Of a DNA stretch of 40,983 bases, positions 40,516 to 40,983 are shown piece after piece. A program made the translations under genes and the position numbers. Source of the DNA: an uncultured Campylobacter sp. (lineage in GTDB: Bacteria > Campylobacterota > Campylobacteria > Campylobacterales > Campylobacteraceae); NCBI GenBank assembly GCA_963517705.1, contig CAUQHH010000001.1, positions 1 to 40,983 of the forward strand. The letters are read 5' to 3'. The notes under the pieces are model-generated. The model was not told the origin of the DNA and ran no database searches. It worked only from the letters and a program-made list of their open reading frames with translations. How positions within the stretch are numbered: position 1 is the stretch's first letter; every line of letters begins with the position of its first letter.

Positions 40516-40983
40516 TAGTCGAATACCTCTTCAGCAATCGTAAGCTTAGGCAGGAAGCCGTCAAATTTATTATAGAAATTGCCTGGCGGTAAGATACGTA
40601 TGCCAAAATAATCTTTTAAAGTGGTTTTATAATCTTTTTTAAGTTCTTCTAGTAAATTTTCACCGACGGATATCGTGTATAATCCTAAATCTTTTTCCAA
40701 ATCTTTAATTTCGGCAAGAATTTTAAATTTATCATCATTTGATTGCAACAATTTATCCCGATTATCTAAAAACTCGCTGAAATGCCCACTATATTGCTCT
40801 ACAAAAAGCGAGACCTTCCAGTCCTGCTTAGGCATAAAATTTTCATTAAACTTTTTAAATAATGTTTGAAATTCCAGGTTTTTAGCATATTGCAATAAAT
40901 TTACGCTAGTCGTTTCATTTTTAGTACCTTCAAAATAGCTCTCTAAGACATTATAAATTTCGCTCTCTTTTATATTTTGCGAT
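40515..40983 (-). CDS. cas3: C-terminal part of a long ORF open to the window edge, probably Cas3
   Basis: Frame stays open upstream of the ORF-track TTG (..ESEIYNVLESYFEG..). It is translationally coupled to cas4, the usual cas3 position in type I-B. No HD or helicase motifs are visible in the window. Confidence 0.6.
   Translation of the reverse strand, partial: SQNIKESEIYNVLESYFEGTKNETTSVNLLQYAKNLEFQTLFKKFNENFMPKQDWKVSLFVEQYSGHFSEFLDNRDKLLQSNDDKFKILAEIKDLEKDLGLYTISVGENLLEELKKDYKTTLKDYFGIRILPPGNFYNKFDGFLPKLTIAEEVFD

Overview
Campylobacter-like (epsilonproteobacterial) chromosomal window. Bases 1-27.3 kb are housekeeping: panD (partial), nfu-TPR-murE, the complete S10/spc/alpha ribosomal superoperon (rpsJ to rplQ, with secY, map, infA, rpoA), an AAA+ ATPase, a secreted protein, rnhB, TPR-rnhA-rnc-aroC, dnaG and a PP-loop sulfurtransferase. 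Bases 28.2-41 kb hold a type I-B-like CRISPR-Cas locus (cas3 3' end, cas4, cas2, cas1, leader, 30 repeats of 30 bp, minus strand). The array is split by an 8,104-bp IS1595-family (ISNha5-like) cargo transposon at 28473-36576, inserted inside one spacer with an 8-bp target duplication (GAAATTTG); removing it restores a normal 34-bp spacer. The element carries a DDE transposase, an accessory coiled-coil/wHTH protein, two HTH regulators and an intact-looking type III restriction-modification system. It also shows two nested right ends, an outward extended -10 promoter facing the orphaned spacers, a CRISPR-repeat-like sequence just downstream of the transposase and a structured GC-rich internal segment. 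All calls were made by eye, without database searches.
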